Positions 7,622 to 17,602 of a DNA stretch of 64,000 nt are shown here, piece after piece (position 1 is the stretch's first letter; each line of letters begins with the position of its first letter). The notes below the pieces were generated by a model. It worked only from the letters and a program-made list of their open reading frames with translations, was not told where the DNA came from and searched no databases. Position numbers and translations under genes: made by a program. The stretch comes from Verrucomicrobiia bacterium (lineage in GTDB: Bacteria > Verrucomicrobiota > Verrucomicrobiia > Limisphaerales > UBA8199), in NCBI GenBank assembly GCA_035946615.1, contig DASYZB010000073.1, positions 459-64,458 on the forward strand, in the 5' to 3' direction.

Positions 7622-9418
7622 TTAAAGCGTGCTGACCGTGTAGAACCGCTTTCCAGGGCCAATAGGGTCTGTGACGGTTTTGACTGTGCCGTCACCGGTG
7701 ACGGTGGTCAGCAATTGCCAGGCGGGGTCAGTCAGGTCGTTCTTATAGAGCACTTGGTAAGTGGTGGCCACTTGCGTCGGGAATGTAATTTTGAAGGTGC
7801 CGGGGGTGCTGACCGATGACCCAACGGTGACACGCAGCTTCGAGACCAGGCTCATGTCGTCAAAGTACACCGAGCCGGCACCGCCCTGGGTGCCCACATG
7901 GAAAACCGTTTGATAACGGACGTATGCGGTCCCTGCAGGAGCAGTTAGGTAGCGGGTGTTGCCCACGACCGAGTAATCGCTGTAGAAGGCGATAATGTTG
8001 GTGACCGGCAGATCGATCCAGGTGTCGGTCGGGAAGGTGGAATCGATGATGGCCGACTTATACAGGCCAATGATATTGCCATTGCCATCGTGGAAATGCA
8101 CTTCGACCCACGCCGTATTGTCGGCAGCGATTTGATCGGAGCTCGAAGTATAAACCCAGCCGTCCGCCACGAAGATTGACCCCGGCGCCACGGTGTGGAT
8201 GTCATCCGTGCGGACGTCCTGGTAAAAGCCGTTGTAAGAGCCCGCCCCGGCGCCATAGGCCTGGCCGGCGTTGGTCCCGCCATGCACATCGACGGGCGTG
8301 CCTGTCCCGAAATAATAATTATTCGTGCTCACTATAGCGGCCCCGTTGTAAGAGGACCAATAGGGCGCAAACCCGGGTCCGGCCTCAAGTCCTGGATCGC
8401 TGAGATAATTGGCCGCTTCCACAGCCGTAACAATCGTCAAAGTCGCTGGAGCGGTGGTGATGCTGCCGTTGACGTCCGAGACCCGCACCGTGTAGCTGCC
8501 GGCGTCCGCAATGGTCAGGTTCGACACCGTCAGGCTGGCGGTGGTTGCTCCGGAGATATTGCCGCCATCGACCAGGTCGGTTGAATCCTTCTGCCATTGA
8601 TAATGCAGCGTTGTACCTCCGGCGGCTGTGACGCTGAAGGTGACCGACTGGCCCACAATCCGGGTATGGCTGAGCGGCGACTCGCTAATGTCGGGGTCGG
8701 TTCCGGCAATTTTGGTCAGATTCAGATCATCAAAATAAATCGAACCGCCTGGGTAGCCACCGAGCTGCACAAATAGGACCTGGTAACGCACTTTCGCTGT
8801 CCCAGCGGGAGCCGTGAAACTGGAGACGGTGTTGGTGATGGTGGTCAGGTAGGGGTCGCTGAGGTCATAGGCATTTGTTACAGCCAGGTCGTACCAGGTG
8901 TTAGACACCACCCCATCGGCGCTCGATGGGTCAAGAATGTACGAGCGATACAATGCCAGCACCTGGTCAGTCGAATCGCGGAAGGTGACTTCAAACCAAA
9001 ACTGGTTGCCGCTCTGAATCAAATCCTGCCGGTGAGATAAGGCGAAACCACTTGCCGACCATACCGAACCGGCGCCGGCCACGACATCCTGGTAATAGCC
9101 GTTTGAATTGTAACCGCCGGTGAAGCTGCCGTAAGTCTTGCCCACGTACTCACCGCTGTGGGTCAGGACATTCGAGGCCCCAACGGTGCTGCCGCCATTG
9201 TAATAAAGGTTGTTGGTCGATTCCACTGCATGGGCACCATAAGGGGTCCACCCGGTGGAATCACCCGTCTCGAATCCGGAGTTGATTAAAACATTGCTGG
9301 CAGCCTGGACCAGGCCGCCGGTTAAAACCAGCAGCAGGGCTGTGCCAAATCCGATGCGCGCCACCAGGCGCGCAGGTAATGTGGTTCTCTTACTCTTCAA
9401 CGGATGGGGGTTAGTCAT
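7622..9418 (-). CDS. secreted protein with two CBM4/9-like modules flanking an Ig (I-set)-like domain
   Basis: Signal peptide present. Internal duplication: YYQDV/FYQDV, FEVTFRD/VEVHFHD, TAPAGTAKVRYQVLF/TAPAGTAYVRYQTVF, GSIYFDDLNL/GSVYFDDMSL. Ig-like segment YQWQKD..ADAGSYTVRVSD. Confidence 0.6.
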   Translation of the reverse strand: MTNPHPLKSKRTTLPARLVARIGFGTALLLVLTGGLVQAASNVLINSGFETGDSTGWTPYGAHAVESTNNLYYNGGSTVGASNVLTHSGEYVGKTYGSFTGGYNSNGYYQDVVAGAGSVWSASGFALSHRQDLIQSGNQFWFEVTFRDSTDQVLALYRSYILDPSSADGVVSNTWYDLAVTNAYDLSDPYLTTITNTVSSFTAPAGTAKVRYQVLFVQLGGYPGGSIYFDDLNLTKIAGTDPDISESPLSHTRIVGQSVTFSVTAAGGTTLHYQWQKDSTDLVDGGNISGATTASLTVSNLTIADAGSYTVRVSDVNGSITTAPATLTIVTAVEAANYLSDPGLEAGPGFAPYWSSYNGAAIVSTNNYYFGTGTPVDVHGGTNAGQAYGAGAGSYNGFYQDVRTDDIHTVAPGSIFVADGWVYTSSSDQIAADNTAWVEVHFHDGNGNIIGLYKSAIIDSTFPTDTWIDLPVTNIIAFYSDYSVVGNTRYLTAPAGTAYVRYQTVFHVGTQGGAGSVYFDDMSLVSKLRVTVGSSVSTPGTFKITFPTQVATTYQVLYKNDLTDPAWQLLTTVTGDGTVKTVTDPIGPGKRFYTVSTL

Positions 9419-9658
9419 AATATTTATGTTGTTCTTTTTATTGGTTTGGGGCAGAGGTCGGAAGTCCGCTCACAACTCACGTTCGGTGATTTAGCGCAAC
9501 TACTGGGATTTGGTCAAATCATTTTTTGCTTTTTTTTCAAAGCGGCCCCGGGGCGGTTGGTCCATCTCCTGTTACGTTTGCATTTGGGCGAAAGGACGAT
9601 TAATATTGTCCAGTAGCACATACGAAACAGACCGAAGAACCATACGGGAACTTCTTTT

Positions 9659-10561
9659 ATGAAAATCAAACGGCGCGAGTTTCTCAAACGATCGGCCCTC
9701 GGGATGGGCGGCATGCTGGCGGGAATGCGGTTGGCGGAGGCGGTCGAAGCCACGCCGGCCGGGTTTGATCCCTACGAATTTGTGCCTTTGGGCCGCAGCG
9801 GACTTAAGGTGAGCCGGTTTTGCCTTGGAACCGGGGTCCATGGTGGGAACCGGCAATCAGATGCCACGCGGATGGGCAAGGAGAAATTCGAGGCGCTCAT
9901 CCAGGGCTCTTATGATCGGGGTGTCCGGTTGTTCGACCTGGCGGACCTCTATGGCACACACCCTTTCCTGGCGCCCGCCTTAAAAGGCATCCCGCGCGAT
10001 AAATATTCCATTGTCTCAAAAATCTGGTTCAGGCCCGGGGGCATTCCCGACAAGGACCGGCCCGATGCCGATGTGGTGGTCCATCGGTTCCTCAAAGAGA
10101 TAGGGACCGATTACCTCGACCTGGTCCTGCTGCATTGTGTCGAGTCCGGCGCGTGGCCGCAGGAATTGCGCAAGCAAATGGACCTGATGGAAGAAATGAA
10201 ACAAAAAGGCGTCATCCGGGCGCACGGGGTTTCCTGCCACTCGATACCGGCCCTTGAAGCCGCGGCCAATGAGCCTTGGGTCGATTCGGTTCATACCCGC
10301 ATCAACCCATTTCAGATGAGCATGGATGGGCCGCCCGATGAGGTTTCGCCGGTGCTCAAGAAGCTCCACGCGGCAGGCAAGGGAGTGGTTGGCATGAAGA
10401 TTATTGGCGAGGGCCGCCTGCGCAACAGCCCTGAGAAACGGGACCAATCCGCCCGGTACGTCCTCGGCTTGGGTTGTGTGGATGTGTTGAATGTCGGGTT
10501 CGAGAAGGTCGAAGAGATTGACGACTTCGCCGCAACGGTGCGCAGAGTGCAGCGCGCGTGA
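9659..10561 (+). CDS. aldo/keto reductase with Tat signal
   Basis: Leader MKIKRREFLKRSALGMGGM. AKR-family body (FDLADLYG, DYLDLVLLH, GVSCHS). Confidence 0.85.
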   Translation: MKIKRREFLKRSALGMGGMLAGMRLAEAVEATPAGFDPYEFVPLGRSGLKVSRFCLGTGVHGGNRQSDATRMGKEKFEALIQGSYDRGVRLFDLADLYGTHPFLAPALKGIPRDKYSIVSKIWFRPGGIPDKDRPDADVVVHRFLKEIGTDYLDLVLLHCVESGAWPQELRKQMDLMEEMKQKGVIRAHGVSCHSIPALEAAANEPWVDSVHTRINPFQMSMDGPPDEVSPVLKKLHAAGKGVVGMKIIGEGRLRNSPEKRDQSARYVLGLGCVDVLNVGFEKVEEIDDFAATVRRVQRA

Positions 10562-10615
10562 GAGGCTGCTTCAATTAATAGAGGCTTGGGGTTGGGGATG
10601 CCGGTTTTTCCGAGC

Positions 10616-11896
10616 CTATTTTGCCGTCAGCACGACATAGTTTCTTTTTCCTTTGCGCAAGAGCAGATGTTTTGCAAAGAGCAAATCCTGCGCTGTGATG
10701 GCGCGCTGCGGGTTGGCCTCACGCACATTGTTCACGTACACGCCGCCGCCCTCGACATCTTTGCGCGCCTGGCCTTTCGACGAGGATAGGCCGCTGTGCA
10801 CCAGCAGTTCCACCAAAGGCTGGCCGGCATTGCCGAGCCGGCTACGCTCGATGTCCCGCGTTGGCACTTCACCCACGATTTCATTGAAGGTCCCTTCTGA
10901 AACGCCGGCCAACTCGCCGCCAAACAGGATGTCACTGGCCCGCATCGCTTCTGCGGTGGCGTCCGAACCGTGGACCAAATCGGTGACCGCCTTCGCCAGG
11001 GCCTTATGCGCAGTGCGCGCCCCGGGGTTTTTGGCGTGCTGCTTATCGAGCGCGCCGATCTCTTCCTGGGAGAGCAGGGTGAAGTAATTCAGGTATTGCA
11101 TGACGTCACGGTCATCGGTGCGAATCCAGAACTGGTAAAACTTGTAGGTGCTGGTTCGGGCCGGGTCAAGCCAGACGGTGCCCGATTCGGTTTTGCCGAA
11201 CTTGGCGCCATCGGCCTTGGTAATGAGCGGCAGGGTCAGCCCATAAACGGTGCGCCCGAGCTTTTTACGGGTCAGTTCGATGCCGGCGGTGATATTGCCC
11301 CACTGATCGCTGCCCCCGATCTGCAACTCGCAATTGTACTCGCGGCATTGGACATAAAAATCAAAGGCCTGCAGCAGCATGTAGCTGAATTCGGTGTAGC
11401 TGATCCCCACCTCGCGGTCTTCCATGCGCGCCCGGATGCTTTCCTTGGCCATCATCTGGTTGACCGAAAAGTGCTTGCCAATGTCGCGCAGGAACTCGAG
11501 GTAGCTCACCGGCTCTGTCCAGGTGATGTTGTCCAGCAAACGCGCAGGATTGGTTTTGCTGTCGAAATCGAGGAACCGCTGGAGTTGCCGGCGTATGCCG
11601 GCGATATTGGCATCGAGGACCTCCTTGGTGAGCAATTGGCGCTCCTGAGTTTTGCCGCTGGGGTCCCCAATGCAGCCGGTGGCCCCGCCGGCCAGCGCAA
11701 TGGGATGATGCCCCAGTAGCTGAAACCGCCTCAGGGCCAGCAACGGAACCAGACTGCCCACATGCAGGCTGTCAGCCGTCGGGTCGAAGCCGCAATACAG
11801 GGTGATAGGACCGGTTGCCAGGCGTTTGGCCAATTCCTGCGCATCGGTGCAATCGGCAATTAGTCCGCGCCATTGGAGTTCGTCCAAAATGCTCAT
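10616..11896 (-). CDS. tyrS: tyrosine--tRNA ligase
   Basis: MSILDELQWRGL start, HVGSL (HIGH), KFGKT (KMSKS) and a C-terminal S4-like domain. The ORF opens at 11956 but the conserved N-terminus begins at ATG 11896. Confidence 0.95.
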   Translation of the reverse strand: MSILDELQWRGLIADCTDAQELAKRLATGPITLYCGFDPTADSLHVGSLVPLLALRRFQLLGHHPIALAGGATGCIGDPSGKTQERQLLTKEVLDANIAGIRRQLQRFLDFDSKTNPARLLDNITWTEPVSYLEFLRDIGKHFSVNQMMAKESIRARMEDREVGISYTEFSYMLLQAFDFYVQCREYNCELQIGGSDQWGNITAGIELTRKKLGRTVYGLTLPLITKADGAKFGKTESGTVWLDPARTSTYKFYQFWIRTDDRDVMQYLNYFTLLSQEEIGALDKQHAKNPGARTAHKALAKAVTDLVHGSDATAEAMRASDILFGGELAGVSEGTFNEIVGEVPTRDIERSRLGNAGQPLVELLVHSGLSSSKGQARKDVEGGGVYVNNVREANPQRAITAQDLLFAKHLLLRKGKRNYVVLTAK

Positions 11897-12142
11897 TCGC
11901 CCGGAGAATAGTGTGCAGCAGCCCAAACTCAAATTCCGAGTTAGCTTCTGAATCATAACCGCAAATCAACCCAAATGAACGCGAATTCTGTCGAGACCCC
12001 GGCCAAGTAACAAACAAAGAACGACACAAGCAAGAATCGAAAAAGCTGCCGCTCAACCTGATTCGCGTCCATCGGCGTTCATTCGAGGTTCGTTGACACT
12101 CCTTCGGACGGCTGTTAACTTTCGTCTCCTTTGTCGCGGCGC

Positions 12143-14953
12143 ATGGATTACAAGAACACACTAAATCTGCCCCAAACCGGTTTCCCGATGAAGGCCGACC
12201 TGGTCGCGCGGGAGCCGGACCGGTTGAAGAAATGGGCGGCTGCCGGCCTGTATGGGCAGGTCCAGGCCAGACGCGCGGGGGCCCCCCGATTTGTATTGCA
12301 CGACGGCCCTCCCTTTGCCAACGGCGATGTCCACATCGGGACGGCCTTGAACAAAATTCTGAAGGATTTCGTGGTGCGCTATAAGGCCCTGCGCGGGTTT
12401 AATGCTCCCTATATTCCCGGCTGGGATTGTCACGGGCTGCCCATCGAGTTCCAGGTCACCCAGGAGATGCGCAAAGCAGGCAACACGGCCTCGGACCAGG
12501 CCTCGATACGCCGTGCATGCGAGGCCTACGCGCGGAAGTACATCGATATTCAGCGGGCCCAATTCAAGCGTTTGGGAATTCTGGGGGACTGGGAACACCC
12601 GTACCTGACCTTTGATAAAGAGTATGAGGCCGAAGAGTTAAGGCTCTTTGCCGATATCGTCGAGCAGGGTTTTGTGTATCGGGGCAAGAAGCCGGTGTAT
12701 TGGAGCATCCCATGCCGCACCGCGCTGGCAGAAGCCGAGGTCGAGTACAAGGAACATGTCAGCCAAAGCATCTTTGTCAAATTTGCCCTCCTGGGTCATC
12801 CAGGCGCCTCCGTTGTAATTTGGACCACGACCCCGTGGACCTTGCCGGCCAACCTGGCGGTGGCCTATAATTCCACCTTCAGCTATTCCCTCGTCCAAGT
12901 GGGGCGGGAGCAATTCATCGTCTCGGCGCTGTTGCTCTCGGCCATAGCTGAGAAGTGCGGCTGGCAGGGCTACCAAATTGTGCGCAGCCTCGATGGAGGG
13001 CATCTCAACCAACTCGAATACCAGCACCCGTTCTGCCCCAGGACTGGCCGCTTTTTTGCCGGTGATAGTTTTGTCGATAACGTGACCGGCACCGGTTTTG
13101 TCCACATCGCCCCGGGTCACGGCCTGGAAGATTATCAACTCGGGTCCGAGCACGGCCTGCCGATTTATTCCCCGGTGGATGATGAGGGCCGCCTTGCTTA
13201 TACGAACGACCTGCCCATTGAGCAACAAATGCCCGCCGAAATGATCGGCAAATCCATCCTGGAAAAGCACGGCAAAAGCGACGCCAATGAGGCCGTGCTG
13301 CATGAACTGCGCGCCCGCAATGCGCTGTTGCACCAGGAGAATTATCACCACAGCTACCCCCACTGCTGGCGCAGCAAAACCCCGGTCATCTTCCGCGCCA
13401 TGGACCAATGGTTCATCGAAATCGACCACGCCAGCTTCCGCCAGCGGGCATTGGCTGAAATCGAGCGCGTGCGCTGGGTTCCCGAGTGGGGCAAGAGCCG
13501 CATCGAGGCCGCCGTCCAGAGTCGGCCCGATTGGTGCATCTCGCGCCAGCGCGCGTGGGGTGTGCCCATTCCGGCGTTCTATGATGCCCAGAAGACCCCT
13601 ATTCTCGATGCGCAAATTGTCCGCAACGCCGCCGGCCTGATCGAAAAGCATGGCTCGAATGTCTGGTTTGAAAAAACCCTCGCCGAACTCTGGCAGGCCG
13701 TCAGGCCCGCCGGATGGAAAGGCCCGGAACCGTCGGCAAAGTCTAACGATACGCTGGATGTTTGGATCGATTCGGGGTCCTCTTCACGGGCCGTCGTAGC
13801 CCGGCGCCCCGAGCTGCGCGGGAAAGAGAAGCCGTTCCAGTGCGATATGTACCTGGAAGGAAGCGACCAACACCGCGGCTGGTTTCAATCATCGTTGTTG
13901 CTCTCGCTGGCCGGCAACGGCGCCGCCCCTTATCGCACCGTGCTGACGCACGGGTTCATGGTCGATGAAGACCGCGAAAAGATTTCCAAGAGCAAACAAA
14001 GCGGTTACGAAAAGCCGCAAACCGCCGATGCTTATGTGAAACGCTACGGCGCCGATGTCGTGCGCCTTTGGGTGGCTTCCCAGGATTATCGCAATGACCT
14101 GGTCGTCAGCGAAAAACGAATCGACAAAGTTGGCGAAACCTATCGCATCATCCGCAATGCCCTTCGCTATCAACTGGCGAACCTGTTTGATTTCGAGCCG
14201 TCTAAAAACTCTGTCCCTGATGAGAGCCTCACCGGGCTGGATCGCTGGATACTCGACGAGTTTTCCCACCTTGAACAAGAGGTCATCGGGGCCTTTGACC
14301 AATTCGAGTTCCATACCGTGTACCAGAAGGTCAGCCAATTCATCGCAGTCGAACTGTCGGCTATCTACCACGATGTGGTCAAAGACCGGCTCTACACCGA
14401 CCCGCCAAACTCATCTCGCCGGCGCTCGACCCAAACCACTCTGTGCCGCATCTGCCCCGGCCTGTGTCAAATGCTCAGCCCAATCCTGGCCTTTACCACG
14501 GATGAGGCCTGGGAGTTTTTGCCTGGGATGGCGGATTCATCGCCGCAGTTGCTCCCCTGGGAACCCAAGCCATTCGCGCGGCCCGGCGCGGAGCGGGCGT
14601 TGTGGAAAGGTCTGTTCGATTTGCGTGAGCTTGCTCTCGCGGCATTGGAGAAGTCCAGGCAGGCCAAGGAAATCGGCAAAGCCCTCGAAGCGAAGCTGAC
14701 GTTTGCCGGGGAATCCGCCGGCTTGGCTGAGGCGGAGCGAAACCTGGAGTCATTGCGCGAACTGCTGAACGTGTCGCAACTTGAAATCAGGCGGGAAGGC
14801 AGCGGTCAAATCACCGTTGTAGTGAGCAAAGCAGCAGGAACCAAATGCGAGCGCTGCTGGCACTGGGAAACCGATGTGGGCTCGTCTCCTGAGCACCCCA
14901 CCCTCTGCGGGCGCTGTGTGGCAGCGGTGCGAACCAGCCCGGCGGTTGCCTAG
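12143..14953 (+). CDS. ileS: isoleucine--tRNA ligase
   Basis: MDYKNTLNLPQTGFPMKA, PPFANGDVHIGTA (HIGH), KISKS (KMSKS), C-terminal zinc knuckle CERCWHW..CGRC. ATG at 12143, downstream of the TTG ORF opening at 12131. Confidence 0.97.
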   Translation: MDYKNTLNLPQTGFPMKADLVAREPDRLKKWAAAGLYGQVQARRAGAPRFVLHDGPPFANGDVHIGTALNKILKDFVVRYKALRGFNAPYIPGWDCHGLPIEFQVTQEMRKAGNTASDQASIRRACEAYARKYIDIQRAQFKRLGILGDWEHPYLTFDKEYEAEELRLFADIVEQGFVYRGKKPVYWSIPCRTALAEAEVEYKEHVSQSIFVKFALLGHPGASVVIWTTTPWTLPANLAVAYNSTFSYSLVQVGREQFIVSALLLSAIAEKCGWQGYQIVRSLDGGHLNQLEYQHPFCPRTGRFFAGDSFVDNVTGTGFVHIAPGHGLEDYQLGSEHGLPIYSPVDDEGRLAYTNDLPIEQQMPAEMIGKSILEKHGKSDANEAVLHELRARNALLHQENYHHSYPHCWRSKTPVIFRAMDQWFIEIDHASFRQRALAEIERVRWVPEWGKSRIEAAVQSRPDWCISRQRAWGVPIPAFYDAQKTPILDAQIVRNAAGLIEKHGSNVWFEKTLAELWQAVRPAGWKGPEPSAKSNDTLDVWIDSGSSSRAVVARRPELRGKEKPFQCDMYLEGSDQHRGWFQSSLLLSLAGNGAAPYRTVLTHGFMVDEDREKISKSKQSGYEKPQTADAYVKRYGADVVRLWVASQDYRNDLVVSEKRIDKVGETYRIIRNALRYQLANLFDFEPSKNSVPDESLTGLDRWILDEFSHLEQEVIGAFDQFEFHTVYQKVSQFIAVELSAIYHDVVKDRLYTDPPNSSRRRSTQTTLCRICPGLCQMLSPILAFTTDEAWEFLPGMADSSPQLLPWEPKPFARPGAERALWKGLFDLRELALAALEKSRQAKEIGKALEAKLTFAGESAGLAEAERNLESLRELLNVSQLEIRREGSGQITVVVSKAAGTKCERCWHWETDVGSSPEHPTLCGRCVAAVRTSPAVA

Positions 14954-14955
14954 CC

Positions 14956-16347
14956 TTAGGGGGCGTAGGGTGTCCTGGGCGCCGGCACGGGCGCCATGGC
15001 GCCACCGGGGATATTGATCGAATCACCGGGTCTTAACCTGCTGAAATTGATGTTGGGATTCGCCGCCTGGATGGCCGCCTCGGGTACGCCATAGATCATC
15101 CCTATCACTGCGGCGGTATCCCCTGGGCGCAGCGTATAAGTGCGCTTGGGTGGCGGCGCGACGCTGGTGGGCTCAGGGGGCAGTTGCTGGCCGGCAGCAA
15201 TCGCATTGGCCTTGAGCTGATCCACCTCGAGTTGCTTCATTTCGATGTTCTTTTGTTCGCTCGTCAGGTTGGTGTTGGCCTGGATGGCGTCCTGCTGTTC
15301 GAGGGCGGCAAGATTGATTTGATAAATGCTCCGCGCGGCTTCCGGTGTGCCCGCCTGGTCGGCGGTGGCAACCGCGTCGCGATAAACCGGGTCGTGGAGC
15401 ATCACATATTCCTCGTAGCGCTGCGGGCCGAGGGCGAGCTTAATGGCGTTTTCGCGCTGGGCTTCGAGGTCCTGTCGTGCCGAAACTGCGCTGGGGTCGG
15501 TGCTATCGGCGAGCAATTCGATCTGCTGGTCGAGGCTGTCGGTGGCCCGGAACACGGCGCGAAATTCATCCGGCGTGGCATTGAAATAGGTAAGCTGTCC
15601 AAAATCTGCCCGGAGATCATTGGCGTATTGGGAATAGCGCAACAGGTACTCTTCGAGTTGAGGCGGAGAGAGCACTTGGGCGAGGTCATCGCGGGTTTGC
15701 TGCCGGAGCTTGGCCAACTCAACCGGGTCGGCTTGTTTCCCCTGGGCGCGTTGAGCGTTGAGATAAGCCTGGATGCGGTCCTCGGAACGCTGGCTGATGT
15801 TCTGGATGGCCTGCTTTGTGTCCGACGGAAGCGTGCCCAGCAATGGGCCGTCCAGCACAACACCCGCATGCGAGGGGCGCGGCAGGTTGACCAGGTCGCC
15901 GGCTTCCCAGTTTGTTCCCAGCAGACGGGTCAGCAGGGCTCGCCGTTCGTCATCCAGCGCGCGGGCCTTTTCGAAAGCCATCTGCATCACATTAGTGTCC
16001 GGTTCACTCCGCCACCATTGCTGCTCAGGGGTGACCAGCTCCGTGGCGCGGCGGCGGGAATAAAGCGCGTTGACATCGGCAATGATGATGTCGCGGATGG
16101 TTTGCTCCGGGCAGCCAATATCGCGCAGATTGGCGATGTATGTGGGATAATCGGGCGACTCGACCTCTTGCCAGGAAAAGAACTGGCGGCGGACGATAAT
16201 GTTGGTGCGCCCGGCGCTGGCTGGTGCGTTGGTTCCTGCGTCTAAAGCCAGAGTGGTGAGGCGGCGAGGATGGGGCAAAGCCATCCACACGGCGGCACCC
16301 AAGAGGTTGACGCCGAGCGAAACCAAGGCAATGACGCGCCAGCGCAT
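14956..16347 (-). CDS. membrane-anchored protein with C-terminal LysM domain
   Basis: N-terminal TM helix. C-terminal YTLRPGDTAAVIGMIYGVPEAAIQAANPNINFSRLRPGDSINIP fits LysM. Confidence 0.7.
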   Translation of the reverse strand: MRWRVIALVSLGVNLLGAAVWMALPHPRRLTTLALDAGTNAPASAGRTNIIVRRQFFSWQEVESPDYPTYIANLRDIGCPEQTIRDIIIADVNALYSRRRATELVTPEQQWWRSEPDTNVMQMAFEKARALDDERRALLTRLLGTNWEAGDLVNLPRPSHAGVVLDGPLLGTLPSDTKQAIQNISQRSEDRIQAYLNAQRAQGKQADPVELAKLRQQTRDDLAQVLSPPQLEEYLLRYSQYANDLRADFGQLTYFNATPDEFRAVFRATDSLDQQIELLADSTDPSAVSARQDLEAQRENAIKLALGPQRYEEYVMLHDPVYRDAVATADQAGTPEAARSIYQINLAALEQQDAIQANTNLTSEQKNIEMKQLEVDQLKANAIAAGQQLPPEPTSVAPPPKRTYTLRPGDTAAVIGMIYGVPEAAIQAANPNINFSRLRPGDSINIPGGAMAPVPAPRTPYAP

Positions 16348-16453
16348 ACAGGTATTTACCCGGAAATGTGCTCCATATCAAATCCGAAAATGGCGAGGTT
16401 GAGGTTGTCCTAAACGGTGGACATCCTCTCGGGCCTCAGTAATCTCGGGGCCG

Positions 16454-17563
16454 ATGAAACCGAAGGCTTACGCGCGCGCGGGCGTGGATATTGATTTGGG
16501 CAACAAGCTCAAGGCGGGCCTGCCGCAATTGCTGGCCGCCACCAGGCGCCCTGAGGTCCTGGGCAAAGTTGGCGGCTTCGGCGGCCTGTTTGCGCTTGAC
16601 CTTCGCAAATATCGCGAGCCCGTTTTGGTTTCGAGCGTCGATGGCGTAGGCACCAAGCTGAAAATAGCCTTCGCCATGCACCGCCACGACACCATCGGCC
16701 AGGACCTGGTCAATCATTGCGTCAACGACATCGCCGTTCTCGGAGCCGAGCCGCTCTTTTTCCTGGATTACATCGGCACCGGCAAACTCGAGCCCCGAGT
16801 TTTCACCCAGATTATTCGCGGGTTCGCCAAGGCCTGCGCGGAGAACCGCTGTGCGCTCATCGGCGGCGAGACCGCGCAGATGCCGGGTTTATATCAGCCC
16901 GGCGAGTACGATGTCAGCGGCACGATTATCGGCGTTGTCGAGAAGGGCAGGATGCTGGATGGGACCTCGATTCGCCCGGGCGATGCAGTGATCGGGCTGG
17001 CTTCCAGTGGGCTGCATACCAACGGCTATTCCCTGGCCAGAAAAATTTTGTTCGACCAAATGAAACTAAAGCCCTCCAGCCGCCTCCCCGATTTTAAGGG
17101 AACCCTGGGCGAGGAGTTGCTCAAGGTCCACGTTAGCTACGGGCCTCTGGTGCACACTCTGCTCGAAGGATTTAATGCGCAAAAACCCGCCCGGCAGCCG
17201 GCTGCAAGCAAAAGGCGCAGTTTGGCAGGAGGCAAAAAGGCCGTCACGCCCGTGATCAAGGGCCTGGCGCACATCACCGGTGGCGGCTTTGTCGATAACA
17301 TCCCGCGCGTGCTGCCAAAGCACTGTAACGTCTCGATCCGAAAAGGCTCCTGGCCTATCCCCCCAATCTTTACGCTTTTGCAAAAGCGCCGGGCCTTGCC
17401 CGATGCGGAACTGTATCGGGTCTTTAACATGGGGATTGGGATGGTTGTCATCGCAGCTCGGGAACGCGCAGAGGAAGTGCTGCGCTTCATCCTCAAGCGG
17501 CGTCAGGCGGCGTGGGTGATTGGGCAGGTCACCAAAGGGCGTGGTCTGGCAACAATCACTTAG
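16454..17563 (+). CDS. purM: phosphoribosylformylglycinamidine cyclo-ligase (AIR synthetase)
   Basis: YARAGVDIDLGN, GGFGGLF, SVDGVGTKLK, HITGGGF. Contains a ~25-aa basic insertion. Confidence 0.95.
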   Translation: MKPKAYARAGVDIDLGNKLKAGLPQLLAATRRPEVLGKVGGFGGLFALDLRKYREPVLVSSVDGVGTKLKIAFAMHRHDTIGQDLVNHCVNDIAVLGAEPLFFLDYIGTGKLEPRVFTQIIRGFAKACAENRCALIGGETAQMPGLYQPGEYDVSGTIIGVVEKGRMLDGTSIRPGDAVIGLASSGLHTNGYSLARKILFDQMKLKPSSRLPDFKGTLGEELLKVHVSYGPLVHTLLEGFNAQKPARQPAASKRRSLAGGKKAVTPVIKGLAHITGGGFVDNIPRVLPKHCNVSIRKGSWPIPPIFTLLQKRRALPDAELYRVFNMGIGMVVIAARERAEEVLRFILKRRQAAWVIGQVTKGRGLATIT

Positions 17564-17602
17564 CCCTTGAACTTTGGGCTTTGGGCGATACTTTCCCGAG
17601 CC

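Noticed and set aside
12638-13651. 337-aa minus-strand ORF inside ileS. Similar long antisense ORFs occur at 15184-16245, 19520-20587, 24409-25338, 30297-31316, 34395-35288, 38144-38923, 42290-43210, 46869-47831, 48333-49112 and 49673-50740.
   Set aside because: Each lies entirely antisense to a gene with unmistakable conserved motifs. Their translations are Arg/Gly/Ala/Pro-rich with no motifs, which is typical of shadow ORFs in GC-rich DNA.
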